Source: Myxococcota bacterium | GTDB lineage: Bacteria > Myxococcota_A > SURF-8 > G963663525 | Direction of reading: 5' to 3' | Assembly (NCBI GenBank): GCA_963676915.2 | Contig: CAXXVK010000008.1 | Location: 1-30,235 of the forward strand | DNA length: 30,235 nt | Notes under the pieces: generated by a model | Told to the model about the DNA's origin: nothing | Databases searched by the model: none | Seen by the model: the letters and a program-made list of their open reading frames with translations, nothing else | Position numbers and translations under genes: made by a program | In this document: in pieces, positions 9,781-18,995 of the stretch | Numbering within the stretch: position 1 is the stretch's first letter | How the letters are laid out: each line of letters starts with the position of its first letter

Positions 9781-11016
9781 TTATTCGCTTTTCGCCAAAT
9801 GTTTTTTACCCATCGTGAACCACTGCTTCAACGGTCTGTAACTTGGACAGACATAAGTGCACAGGCCGCACTCGATGCAGTAATCCAGCGTTGCAACTTC
9901 TTCGTAGCGTCCGTACTCGCAATATCGCCCCATCTCCTGCGGCTGCAATCGCGCCGGACAAACGGCAGTACATGCACCGCAATTGACACAGGGTCGCGAC
10001 CGAAACTCGTCATGTTCGGCGGCGGGAATCACCGTGAGGCCGTCCATTCCAGCCAATACGGGGGTGTTGGGATCGAATTGCGCAAGTCCCGACATGGAGC
10101 CACCGAACAGCAGACGATCCCCGGATTCGTAAGCGATTCCGGCTTGCTTCAAGACATCACCGGCACGGGTTCCGACCAGAACGCAAAGGTTCTTTTTGGA
10201 ACCATCACGCCCCACGACCGTCAGATCACAGAAACGCGGCAGGACGCCTTTGGTGATAATCGAATGGAAAGCCAACGCGAGATGTACCGAAATGACGGAG
10301 ATTTCGCCGTTTCCACCTTGATTCGCCATCGCGGTCTTGATCAGGCGATCGAAGGAGGTGGGGTATTTGTCATCCAGTTCCAGAGATCCCGTACCGAGCG
10401 CTTTGAATTCGTCCGATACTGCTTTCGGCAATGCAAAGCGGATCTGGCTGGCACCGAACAGCTTTTTGACGGTTTCGGCGGCAACTTGCAACTCTTCCAG
10501 ACTTTCACGACTGCGTTGCACTCTTGCCGTCAGTCCGATGTCGATATCCGCCCCACTGATCACCAGGATATCCGCCTTCGGATTGCTTCCGTCGGCCCAG
10601 GGGAAACCGGCATCGAAGGAAAATCCGGCCAGTGTAGCCGGAAGTCCCGCCTTGCGGATCTGATCCCATAACGCTTCGGAATCATTGGATTCCACCGGAT
10701 CGATTCCGGGTTCATCCTGTTGCGCGTTTTCGGGAACGATGCGCAGCACGGGAACGGCACGCAATCCCGTGGGATAGGGAGCCACCGTGATTTCTTCGAT
10801 TTTGCCGCTCACCGGACATCGAAGCTCGTGGCCTTCTTCTCCTGCGACGACGACTCCGGCTTTGACGGTTTCGCCTTTATCGACCACTGGAGACAGAATT
10901 TCTCCATCGTTTCCAACCAGCGGGAAAAGAATCTCACCCACCAGATAGGTTTCGAAGGCCGATTTCTCGCACGAAAGGTGTAACGTTCTTTTTTTCTGCT
11001 CGCCGAACCATCCCAT
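9781..11016 (-). CDS. rnfC: Rnf electron transport complex subunit C, divergent
   Basis: Position at head of rnfCDGEAB; N-terminal VDKGETVKAG...CPVSGKI, KYP, VLVGT...GGSMSG, and two ferredoxin motifs CVNCGACTAVCP and CIECGLCTYVCP. Confidence 0.88.
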   Translation of the reverse strand: MGWFGEQKKRTLHLSCEKSAFETYLVGEILFPLVGNDGEILSPVVDKGETVKAGVVVAGEEGHELRCPVSGKIEEITVAPYPTGLRAVPVLRIVPENAQQDEPGIDPVESNDSEALWDQIRKAGLPATLAGFSFDAGFPWADGSNPKADILVISGADIDIGLTARVQRSRESLEELQVAAETVKKLFGASQIRFALPKAVSDEFKALGTGSLELDDKYPTSFDRLIKTAMANQGGNGEISVISVHLALAFHSIITKGVLPRFCDLTVVGRDGSKKNLCVLVGTRAGDVLKQAGIAYESGDRLLFGGSMSGLAQFDPNTPVLAGMDGLTVIPAAEHDEFRSRPCVNCGACTAVCPARLQPQEMGRYCEYGRYEEVATLDYCIECGLCTYVCPSYRPLKQWFTMGKKHLAKSE

Positions 11017-11069
11017 GGCATCTTCCTTGGGGTTGGTGAAAGAAACTACAATCGTTTACGACAAGAGGA

Positions 11070-12926
11070 TTACAGGGGCAACGCCTCGGCATCGTTCATG
11101 TTTTCGTAAACCGGAAGTCCGAATTCCTCGTGACAGCCCGCACACAGCGTCTTACGCACATCCTTGTAGGCCGGAAGTCCCAGACCCTCCCGCATATGGC
11201 AGGCTCCGCAATGGCCGGGATCGACGGAAGACGGACGGCAATCGTCCACGCTGTGGCTTTCGTCGCATTCCATGACTTTGGGAAGCTGACGCAAACGCGA
11301 TTGGACGTTTTCGGGCTGTTTCATATTGTGGTGACAGTCCATGCAGGGGAAGCCCGCCTGATCGACGTGCACCCGGTGGACCGCAGTGGCATCTCTGCCA
11401 AGTGCCGACGCTGTGGGTAACGATTTCTGCACGATGGAAGTCAGAAGTCGCGTTTCCGCCTCGTCTTTCTCGCCGGATTCCAGGGTACGTTTCGCACGTT
11501 CCCTCTGAGCGAGAGCCTCTTTGCGGGCCTGCGGATAGGCATGACATCCACGGCAGGTCTGCGGTCCCTGCTTGCGTTCTGTGTGACAGTCCTGACAGAC
11601 TTTGTGCAAGGCGTTTTCCATCGCCAGCGGATTGTGTTTTTCGAGGAACAGCTTGTTGGTCGATGCGAAATCGCCGCTCACAGGATCGATGTGGCAGGCT
11701 TCGCAGGTTTCGACTTTCAGCTTTTCTTCGTCGATTTGTTCGTGACATTTCGCGCAAAGTTCGTGTGAAACCTGTTTTAATTCCACAGCGCTTTTCACCG
11801 TGTGGTCCAGGTGACATTCACGGCAGCTACGTTTTTGTTCGCGATCAGCGTCTTCATGGTGACAATGCTGGCAATCCACACCAGCGCCGATGGCGTGGGC
11901 ATCGTGTGTCCAGTTAACCATTCCGAAACTTGCAGGATGCGAATGCGCCGCTTCACGGTGACAGTCGTTGCAAGTAACGGGCATGTCAGAATCGAGGTCC
12001 GGGTTGTCGAAATCGTGGCAATCGAAACAGCGCGAATGCAGGGCGGTTTTCCGTGCCGGAACGGCTTTTCCGGACTTGGTGCGTCCTACGGTGGCTTTAT
12101 GACATTCGCCGCAACGTCTATATTCCTGCGGATTCGCTTTGTCGTCTTCCATATGATGGCAAGTTCGGCAAGTGTAGTCCTTGCCGTCGTAATCCATATA
12201 TTCCAGGTGATGTGCACGATGATCCCAGGCGACTTCACCGGAAAAACCTTTGAATAACGGATCGTGATTGAAAGCGGTTTCGTTTTCCGTTTCGCGGTGA
12301 ATCACGCCGTCATGGCATTCGTCGCATCGGTCCCATTCGCCATCGGCGGGCAGTTCCGTAGGTTGACCTTCGATGTGGCAACGAACGCAGGCAATGGTCT
12401 GTTCCCAAGCATAATGACGGTGTTCGAGAGGTGTTGCACCTCCATCGGAGAGCATTTTGGACTGGTGGCAGTCCCGGCACTGGGTCGGACCTTCGCCTAC
12501 GGCTTGGTGACATCCCGCGCATTTTTTATGAAACGCGACGCGACGGTCTGCGGGCAGGTGCGCGCTTTCAACATCCTTGCCGTGTTCCTTGGCCCAGTCG
12601 GCATAGTCGCTTTTCCGCTCGGTTTCTTCCATTTTAGCATTCGGCTTGGCAGGAAACACAGAGTCTCCAAGCACCCGATGCTTGTGGCAATCCGAGCAGG
12701 CTTGCATGTCGCTGTCACCGGTTTTCGAGGTGTGGTGGCAGACTTGGCAGTTGGCGACGGCTTCCCGAGCGTGCAATGTATGACTCCACGGGACATCGCC
12801 GAAACGGTTGGCCAGAGTCTCATCTGAATCATCGGATGCGAGGAGACTGGCTCCCAACGCACTTAGAAACAGAAAGACGCAAATGACGGACAACCAGAAG
12901 AGCTGGTAGGTTTTGATCGGTTTCAA
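11070..12926 (-). CDS. Periplasmic class III (c3-type) multiheme cytochrome c with 19 CxxCH motifs, Rnf-associated
   Basis: Signal peptide MKPIKTYQLFWLSVICVFLFLSALGASLLA; 19 CxxCH counted by hand; repeated c3 motifs GxVxWxHxxH...CxxCHH; TTG start with GGAG RBS. Confidence 0.92.
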   Translation of the reverse strand: MKPIKTYQLFWLSVICVFLFLSALGASLLASDDSDETLANRFGDVPWSHTLHAREAVANCQVCHHTSKTGDSDMQACSDCHKHRVLGDSVFPAKPNAKMEETERKSDYADWAKEHGKDVESAHLPADRRVAFHKKCAGCHQAVGEGPTQCRDCHQSKMLSDGGATPLEHRHYAWEQTIACVRCHIEGQPTELPADGEWDRCDECHDGVIHRETENETAFNHDPLFKGFSGEVAWDHRAHHLEYMDYDGKDYTCRTCHHMEDDKANPQEYRRCGECHKATVGRTKSGKAVPARKTALHSRCFDCHDFDNPDLDSDMPVTCNDCHREAAHSHPASFGMVNWTHDAHAIGAGVDCQHCHHEDADREQKRSCRECHLDHTVKSAVELKQVSHELCAKCHEQIDEEKLKVETCEACHIDPVSGDFASTNKLFLEKHNPLAMENALHKVCQDCHTERKQGPQTCRGCHAYPQARKEALAQRERAKRTLESGEKDEAETRLLTSIVQKSLPTASALGRDATAVHRVHVDQAGFPCMDCHHNMKQPENVQSRLRQLPKVMECDESHSVDDCRPSSVDPGHCGACHMREGLGLPAYKDVRKTLCAGCHEEFGLPVYENMNDAEALPL

Positions 12927-12989
12927 CGTTCAACTCCAACGTTTCGTGTCATTGGAACAAAAAGTCATCCGAATCGCTTCGAATCCTTC

Positions 12990-13121
12990 CTATTCGTCAT
13001 CGTCTTTGCCACCGGCAAGAAATCTCCAGTAGGCAACGAAACCAAACAGGCAAGTGACGACCACAAGGTAAGTCATACCTTTGGCGTGGGTCATGAAATC
13101 CTGAAGCGTGAAGAACTCCAT
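12990..13121 (-). CDS. hmcD: HmcD small membrane subunit (43 aa; missed by the ORF track)
   Basis: Manual translation MEFFTLQDFMTHAKGMTYLVVVTCLFGFVAYWRFLAGGKDDDE; GAGGAG RBS; directly after hmcC; FxTLxDF..xKG..Y...W.FL pattern resembles Hmc operon protein 4. Confidence 0.85.
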   Translation of the reverse strand: MEFFTLQDFMTHAKGMTYLVVVTCLFGFVAYWRFLAGGKDDDE

Positions 13122-13141
13122 GGTATTCTAACTCCTCGATA

Positions 13142-14314
13142 TCAGTGATGATCCGCGTAATCAGGATGATCGTAGAAAATCGGCATGTGTGTCACGATGA
13201 ATTTGAAGGCCAACACGCCCGCCGTTATGAGGAACAGCGTGGTGCAAATCTCCATCCAGTGCGGGACATACCGTTCATCGGCTGGCAGGTTGTAGTTGAA
13301 AGCAATCAACGACACGTTGAGCCGATTGAAAACGATACCCAACACGGTGATCAGCGCGGTAACGCGAATCAGCGTGAGGTTCTTTTCACGTCGTCCGATA
13401 GCATACAAGAACGACGGCAGCGCTACAAAGCCAAGCAGTTCGACCAGGAACAGATGTCCATAAGGTGTATTGAGCAGGTGCCATTCGTTGTCCAGCGCGA
13501 TACCGATGACTTTCAGTGCGAAATATCCGGCCAACACCCAGGACGCCGCCTTGGCAAAGCCCAACGTGACTTCATCGAATTCTTGGTGATGATGGTGATC
13601 GATGCGGTCTTTGTAGAAATGATGCGACAATGCACCCTCGAACATCACCATCGAAAGACCTGCCGCGATACTCGAAATAAAGAAGTACAGTGGCAAATAA
13701 GGCGAATACCAGAGCGGATGTAGTTTCGTTGGAGCGATCAGGTACATGGCCCCTAGTGAAGATTGGTGCAACGTGGAGAGAATCACGCCGAAAATCGTCA
13801 GCACGATGGTCAGTTTCACGATGAGGTTGCGCAGTTTCTTGAATCCGAGCCATTCGAGCGGCGCCGGGCTGAATTCGAGGAACAATACCGTCAGGTACAA
13901 TGCCACGCAGGCAGCTACTTCGAACATAATCGATGTAGGACCGGCCTGAATGATGAAAGGATACGGCAAACGCCAGGGGCGACCGACATCGTACAGCAAA
14001 GCGATCGGCACCAGGGCATAGCCCAAAAAGCCTGTCAGAATCGCAGGACGTACGGCGGAATGGTACTTTTTCATACCGAAAATATAGACACCCGCCGACG
14101 TGGTGTAGCCACCTGCGGCGAGCGCAACGCCGGTAAGCAGGTCGAAGCCGATCCACAATCCCCATGGGTTGTTGCTGTCGAGGTTCGTCACTGCGCTGAG
14201 TCCAAGGCCGAAACGCATAGCGGTCAGCACCAATCCAAGAAGGATGATGAGTCCGGCCACGATGTTGAACGGCGTGAAAATCGTGCTTTTCTGGGTCGGG
14301 TTTACTACGGCCAT
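13142..14314 (-). CDS. hmcC: HmcC, NrfD/HybB-family integral membrane subunit
   Basis: RFGLGLSAVTNL...PWGLWIGFDLLTGVALAAGG, DVGRPWRLPYP, SIMFEV, LSTLHQSSLG, KLHPLW; about 10 TM segments. Confidence 0.93.
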   Translation of the reverse strand: MAVVNPTQKSTIFTPFNIVAGLIILLGLVLTAMRFGLGLSAVTNLDSNNPWGLWIGFDLLTGVALAAGGYTTSAGVYIFGMKKYHSAVRPAILTGFLGYALVPIALLYDVGRPWRLPYPFIIQAGPTSIMFEVAACVALYLTVLFLEFSPAPLEWLGFKKLRNLIVKLTIVLTIFGVILSTLHQSSLGAMYLIAPTKLHPLWYSPYLPLYFFISSIAAGLSMVMFEGALSHHFYKDRIDHHHHQEFDEVTLGFAKAASWVLAGYFALKVIGIALDNEWHLLNTPYGHLFLVELLGFVALPSFLYAIGRREKNLTLIRVTALITVLGIVFNRLNVSLIAFNYNLPADERYVPHWMEICTTLFLITAGVLAFKFIVTHMPIFYDHPDYADHH

Positions 14315-15381
14315 TACACGTTCTCCTTAGCCTGTTCCTTGAACTTGGCTTCAGCTTCCGTTACCGCCTTCTTGACCGCCTTGGCCGTTTCGGATTCGGC
14401 GCGTTTCTTGGCTTTTTCCAGTTCCTGTTTCAGTTTTTCCTCGCCTTTGCCTTGGGTTTCGGCAACAGCTTTGGCAACGGCTTCTCGCTGTTCTTTGGCG
14501 GCGATTTTCTCTTTTCGCTTATTGATGGCATAGACGCCGGTCAGCAGAACCGGCCATGCTCCGACAACCGCCGGAACCACAGCCAAAGCACCACCGGTCA
14601 ATTCGGACGGCGGATGGTGAGGAACGTTCATCGGCAGGTTGATCTGGTCGAAAGGAACGCCCGACAAAAACAGCCAGTTCGTTCCGGACAGTTCGTTTTC
14701 GCCGTAAATATGGTCGATGTAGCGATCCGGGTGCTTTTTGATGCGTTCGCGTGCGATTTTCAACAAGTCTTCACGTGTGCCGAACGTCAGGGCTTCCATC
14801 GGGCAGGCTTCCACACAGCCGGGTTTGAGTCCCTTTTTGATGCGCGGATGACACATCGTACAACGGACCACCACCGGATCGAAAGCACTGTCATAGGCAT
14901 AGGCGGGCATACTCCAGGGGCAGGCCAGCAAGCAATAACGACATCCTACGCAGACGTCAGGGTTGTAAAGGACCGCGCCTTCGGGAGTTTTTGTAAAGGC
15001 GTTGACGAAACAGGCCGAAGCGCAGGCGGGTTCCTGACAATGATGACATTGTTGTTTACGGAACACCGGACCGTAACCGGGAACTTCGTACTGATTCACG
15101 ACGGTAAACACATTCGTTTTCGTTCGTCGTTTCTTTTTCAGCACCGTCAGATCGTCGAATGGTACATCCGGTTTCGGTTGCTTGTTGACTTCGTTGCAAG
15201 CCGCCTCGCAGGATCGGCATCCTACGCAAAGCGTGGTATCGTGCAACACGCCATACGCCCCCGGATAGCCCTCGTAATGCTTGTGTTGGGCCAGGGCTTT
15301 TTTGCTTCCGACGGTCGCGGCGGCGGTTCCGGCACCTGCCGCCGTGAGAAACTTCAGGAATTTCCTGCGCGATACTGACAT
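14314..15381 (-). CDS. hmcB: HmcB, Tat-exported 4x[4Fe-4S] protein with C-terminal TM helix and coiled-coil tail
   Basis: Tat motif SRRKFLK; [43 protein letters not shown]...PGCVEACP; HIYGENE; TM helix then Lys/Ala/Glu-rich tail. Confidence 0.93.
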   Translation of the reverse strand: MSVSRRKFLKFLTAAGAGTAAATVGSKKALAQHKHYEGYPGAYGVLHDTTLCVGCRSCEAACNEVNKQPKPDVPFDDLTVLKKKRRTKTNVFTVVNQYEVPGYGPVFRKQQCHHCQEPACASACFVNAFTKTPEGAVLYNPDVCVGCRYCLLACPWSMPAYAYDSAFDPVVVRCTMCHPRIKKGLKPGCVEACPMEALTFGTREDLLKIARERIKKHPDRYIDHIYGENELSGTNWLFLSGVPFDQINLPMNVPHHPPSELTGGALAVVPAVVGAWPVLLTGVYAINKRKEKIAAKEQREAVAKAVAETQGKGEEKLKQELEKAKKRAESETAKAVKKAVTEAEAKFKEQAKENV

Positions 15382-15413
15382 GAGGGAATCCTCCTGGTTC
15401 GTGTCAGGTTCGG

Positions 15414-17006
15414 TTAATGTACCGCGGCTTCCGACTTTTCGTTATGGCACTGCACGCAGTTCATCGGTTGAGCGATGTCCATTTGTTCGTGACAGCCGAT
15501 ACATTGCTGATGATAAGCGCCTTTCAGTCCTGGACCGAAGAGGTTTTCCTCGCTACGGCCATCTTTGTCATGACAATTCACGCACATCGGCGGTTTTTGT
15601 CCGACCGGAGAGTGGTGATGACATCCGGCGCAGAGAGTATCCTCACCGCCATGGAAGAACTTCGCCATACGGCTGCCGTTGATTCCTTTTCGCAGAGCTT
15701 CGATAATTTGCCGATGCGGGAATACCGAAGGTCCGTACTTGTTTTCAAGGATATCGATTGTCACTTCATTGGGAATTTCGTTCGAAGCGAACGTAAACGC
15801 CTGATAAGGAGCCTGTTCGGGATTGTAATCCGCCATGACGGATTTTTAACAGGTTGCTGCTCGCCGTTTTCTTCGGCTGTTTCCGCTGGTGTTTCAGTGG
15901 TAGGCGGTTCGAAGTGGCATTTCGTGCAGGCATTGTCAGGCAACCGGGCAAAACTCATGAACATGTGGGCACCCGGCGCATTCTTTTTCTTTTTTGTATT
16001 TGTTGTGGCATCCGACGCAGCTTTGCTCGGCGGAGAAGGCATGGAAAGCTGTTTCGAGATTGGCCTTTTTGCCTTTGTAATTTCCTTTGATCGTATGGCA
16101 TTCGTTGCAAGCACGCATCGTGTCGTGATGGCAATCCCGGCAACGCCCGGTATAACGCTCATGTCCCTTATGATTGAAAGGTACGGGGAGCATTCTGGTA
16201 TGGTCTTTGTCTTTTTCGGAAGGAGTCAGCCACGCAACGTCCGGTTGCTCGCCGCTCAGACGCAGTCGAGGAGTGCGAGCCAGTTTCTTGATTTTGGAAA
16301 TATTTTCCGCTTTGTGGCACCCGGCGCAATTGATAGGACCGCTGGAAAGGTTCTGTGACGCTCGGTTCATGTGGCAGGTTACACAAGCCCAGTGAGAAGC
16401 GGTTTTCATCGAAGCCGGTTGGCCTTTTCCACCCGCCTCGTGGCAGTCGCGACAGTTGGACTCGGTTCCTTTTTTGTAGGAAATTCCCTGGCTTGCGTCA
16501 TCGTAGCTGTGGTGGCACTTGCCGCAATCGGAATTCATTTCCTTAATGTGTCGAGCGTGCAGAGATAAATCCATAGGCATCAGTACGCGGTTGGACGTGT
16601 ATTCCGGTTGAACGGCATGGCATTCACCACAAACGACAGGTCCGCTTTCCTTGCCTTGGGCTTTGAGTTCCTTATGGCAGCCTTGGCAATTCGAGTGGAA
16701 ATGATCCATCATCGACTCTTTGTCGGGACCGTCTTTGAGACGCAGGAATTTTTGAGAAAGATACTTTTCGCCCTGTTTGTGACAGGTTTGGCAGTTTTTC
16801 CCCAATTTTTCCAGGGCTTCAGTGTGCTGGTCGTGACCGAACTGCACCGTCGGGCGTTCGAGATCGCCGAATTGCTTCAACGTATCGATCGTCAGCAGAT
16901 CCCAACGTTCGTCTCCGTCATCGTCGGCCCAACAAATGCCTACAGATAGACTTAGAAGCATAAGAACCAGTCCCAACCTGCCTGCCATGTAAACCTTTTC
17001 CCGCAT
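15414..17006 (-). CDS. hmcA: HmcA high-molecular-weight 16-heme cytochrome c (two compensating frameshifts, at ~15968 and ~15845)
   Basis: Joining ORFs 15936-17024, 15761-16162 and 15414-15836 gives 16 CxxCH (the 11th, CAGCH, is restored by removing the extra C), with signal peptide, [27 protein letters not shown] and [10 protein letters not shown]. Start ATG 17006 or 16988. Confidence 0.9.
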
Positions 17007-17273
17007 AGTACTTACCCTGCACAAGGTTGATGTCCGTTTTCCGCATAGTTCGCAAAAACGAACCGTTGCATGACTTTCACGTACTCATCGATAGGGTCAT
17101 AAACAATTTTCGCGATAAAATACAGAAAGGCGAAATCCATCAAGAGGTTTCGTTACAATCGAACGAACCTATAGGACAACGGCCCCCCTGTTTACCGCTG
17201 GAATGTCTTTATTCAGTTTATAATCCTCAGAACACAGTTTCGTGACCTATCAACGTCATCGTTTGCCGTGAAA

Positions 17274-17310
17274 AGTCTCTTTGAAATACCACGTCATGTC
17301 AAGGTATTTC
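17274..17310 (-). promoter_or_regulatory. Putative promoter/operator of the hmc-rnf operon
   Basis: Minus-strand TTGACA (17302-17297), 17-nt spacer, weak -10 GAGACT; the -35 is enclosed by the inverted repeat GAAATACC-N12-GGTATTTC (17283-17310). Confidence 0.35.
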
Positions 17311-17717
17311 CGTTTTTTCGCAGTCTATTGAAATTATAAAGGAAAGATACAGTAAAAACCAATAAAAACAAGTGGATAGGTGAAAAAAAGTGTGTGTTTC
17401 TGTGTAAAATTGTCCTGTTTTTTTTCGAAAATCGGCAAAAAAAACGGCAAGTGCAATTTTCTTAAAAAAATAAGACAGGCCGTACAATTAAAGGTCATCC
17501 AAATATAATATTTGCTATCCAACCTCTCTTGTTGTTTTGCAACTTGCCGATCTTTTGGACCCGATTTTTCCATTCGATTTTTCTTAATGTGGTTTATTCC
17601 TTTTTAATAAAACTTACAAACCAGGATGGCGAGATCGTTTTTATTGGAACAAAATTATTTCTCTGTAAACGGATTTACTATGAACTCTCGACTTTTGTGT
17701 TTCCGACATAAAAGGAA

Positions 17718-17746
17718 TTGACTCTAAACGACGCCTGCACTAGTAT
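17718..17746 (+). promoter_or_regulatory. Putative sigma70 promoter of epimerase gene
   Basis: TTGACT-N17-TAGTAT, 34 nt upstream of ATG 17780. Confidence 0.55.
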
Positions 17747-17779
17747 CCCCCGCATGTTGAAACCGATTGATGGAAGGTT

Positions 17780-18718
17780 ATGACCATGAAATGTCTCGTA
17801 ACGGGCGGCGCGGGTTTTATCGGATCGCATTTGATTCGGAAACTTCTGGATGAAGGGGCCGAAGTACGCGTGCTCGATAATCTTTCGACCGGGCATATCG
17901 AAAATATCGAAGCCGTCTTGGATCGCATCGAGTTTATCGAAGATACCATTACCGATATCGACGTCTGCCAGGGGGCTTGCAAGGGTATGGACGCCGTGTT
18001 CCATCAGGCAGCGATTTCCTCGGTTCCTCGTTCTGTGGATGATCCTTTGCCTTCCCACGATGCCAATGCAACCGGTACGTTGAATATGCTGCTGGCTTCA
18101 CGTGATGCGAACGTTGGAACTTTCGTAGCGGCTTGTTCTTCTTCGGCGTACGGTGATACGGATGTTTTGCCCAAAGTCGAAACCATGCCGACACGGCCTT
18201 CCAGCCCCTATGCTTGTCAGAAAATTCTAGGCGAACTATATTGCGACAATTTCGCCAAACTCTACGGTCTGAAAACCGTTGGGCTACGGTATTTCAATAT
18301 TTTCGGACCGCGCCAAGACCCGAATTCCCCTTACGGCGGCGTGATTCCGAAATTCGCCAGCGCTTTGCTGAATAATCAGCAGCCGATCATTTTCGGCGAT
18401 GGTGAGCAAACCCGAGACTTTACCTATGTGGACAACGCCGTTTCGGCGAACCTCTTGGCGGTCAAAGCTCCGAAATCGGTCGCGGGACGAGTATACAATG
18501 TAGCTTGCGGAACCCGTTTTTCTCTGCTGTACCTGCTTGCCGAAATGCAAAAGCGCCTCGGTACGAATATCGAAGCTCACTTCGAAGATACTCGCGCCGG
18601 TGATGTTCGCGATTCGCAGGCCGATATTAACCGCGCTGCCGAAGAGTTGAACTTCAAGGTTGTTGTGGAATTCGAAGAAGGTTTGGACCGCACGGTGGAA
18701 TGGTACAAAAATTCCTGA
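17780..18718 (+). CDS. NAD-dependent epimerase/dehydratase (extended SDR; WbpP/TviC-like UDP-sugar 4-epimerase)
   Basis: TGGAGFIGSHL, HQAAISSVPRS, SSSAYG, catalytic YACQK, LRYFNIFGPRQDPNSPYGGVIPKF, GDGEQTRDFTYV. Confidence 0.93.
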   Translation: MTMKCLVTGGAGFIGSHLIRKLLDEGAEVRVLDNLSTGHIENIEAVLDRIEFIEDTITDIDVCQGACKGMDAVFHQAAISSVPRSVDDPLPSHDANATGTLNMLLASRDANVGTFVAACSSSAYGDTDVLPKVETMPTRPSSPYACQKILGELYCDNFAKLYGLKTVGLRYFNIFGPRQDPNSPYGGVIPKFASALLNNQQPIIFGDGEQTRDFTYVDNAVSANLLAVKAPKSVAGRVYNVACGTRFSLLYLLAEMQKRLGTNIEAHFEDTRAGDVRDSQADINRAAEELNFKVVVEFEEGLDRTVEWYKNS

Positions 18719-18813
18719 TTGGTTGCGGTATCTAACTCTCGACCATTCAAAAAAAACACGAATAGATGTTGCTCCTTACAAACGTCTACAGGTGATAGTT
18801 TCGCCCAATTGAC

Positions 18814-18912
18814 TGTCAAAATTTCGACACATTTACGCTGAAGTGTAAATAAAAGATACATAAGACAATGTGTGTATTAAAACCTTTGTAAAAAAGTGTC
18901 GAAATCTTGACA
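18814..18912. repeat. 99-bp element bounded by 17-bp inverted repeats (MITE-like or paired operator)
   Basis: TGTCAAAATTTCGACAC (18814-18830) and GTGTCGAAATCTTGACA (18896-18912) match 16/17 as inverted repeats. Confidence 0.55.
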
Positions 18913-18935
18913 CCATGTAAAGAATATAGTATGGT
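18907..18935 (+). promoter_or_regulatory. Putative sigma70 promoter of ankyrin gene
   Basis: TTGACA-N17-TATGGT, about 60 nt upstream of GAGG RBS / ATG 18996. Confidence 0.55.
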
Positions 18936-18995
18936 GATAGTAGAGTGACTCGCCCGTCGTTCGACTGCTACAACTGGACCTGAAGAGGTGTTGCC

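Noticed and set aside
12426-12446. DGGATPL in the 19-heme cytochrome resembles the RnfD FMNylation motif [ST]GATPL missing from RnfD
   Set aside because: It lacks the [ST] before GAT and aligns with the c3 structural motif GxVxWxH of the other modules (GDVPWSH, GEVAWDH, GMVNWTH), so it is probably coincidental.
9745-16358. Long plus-strand ORFs (9745-10671, 13763-14533, 14452-15378, 15417-16358)
   Set aside because: Antisense shadows of well-supported genes, with no recognisable motifs.
17027-17711. Short ORFs, CRISPR array or ncRNA in the AT-rich intergenic region
   Set aside because: ORFs are low-complexity products of A/T tracts; no regularly spaced repeats or recognisable RNA family.
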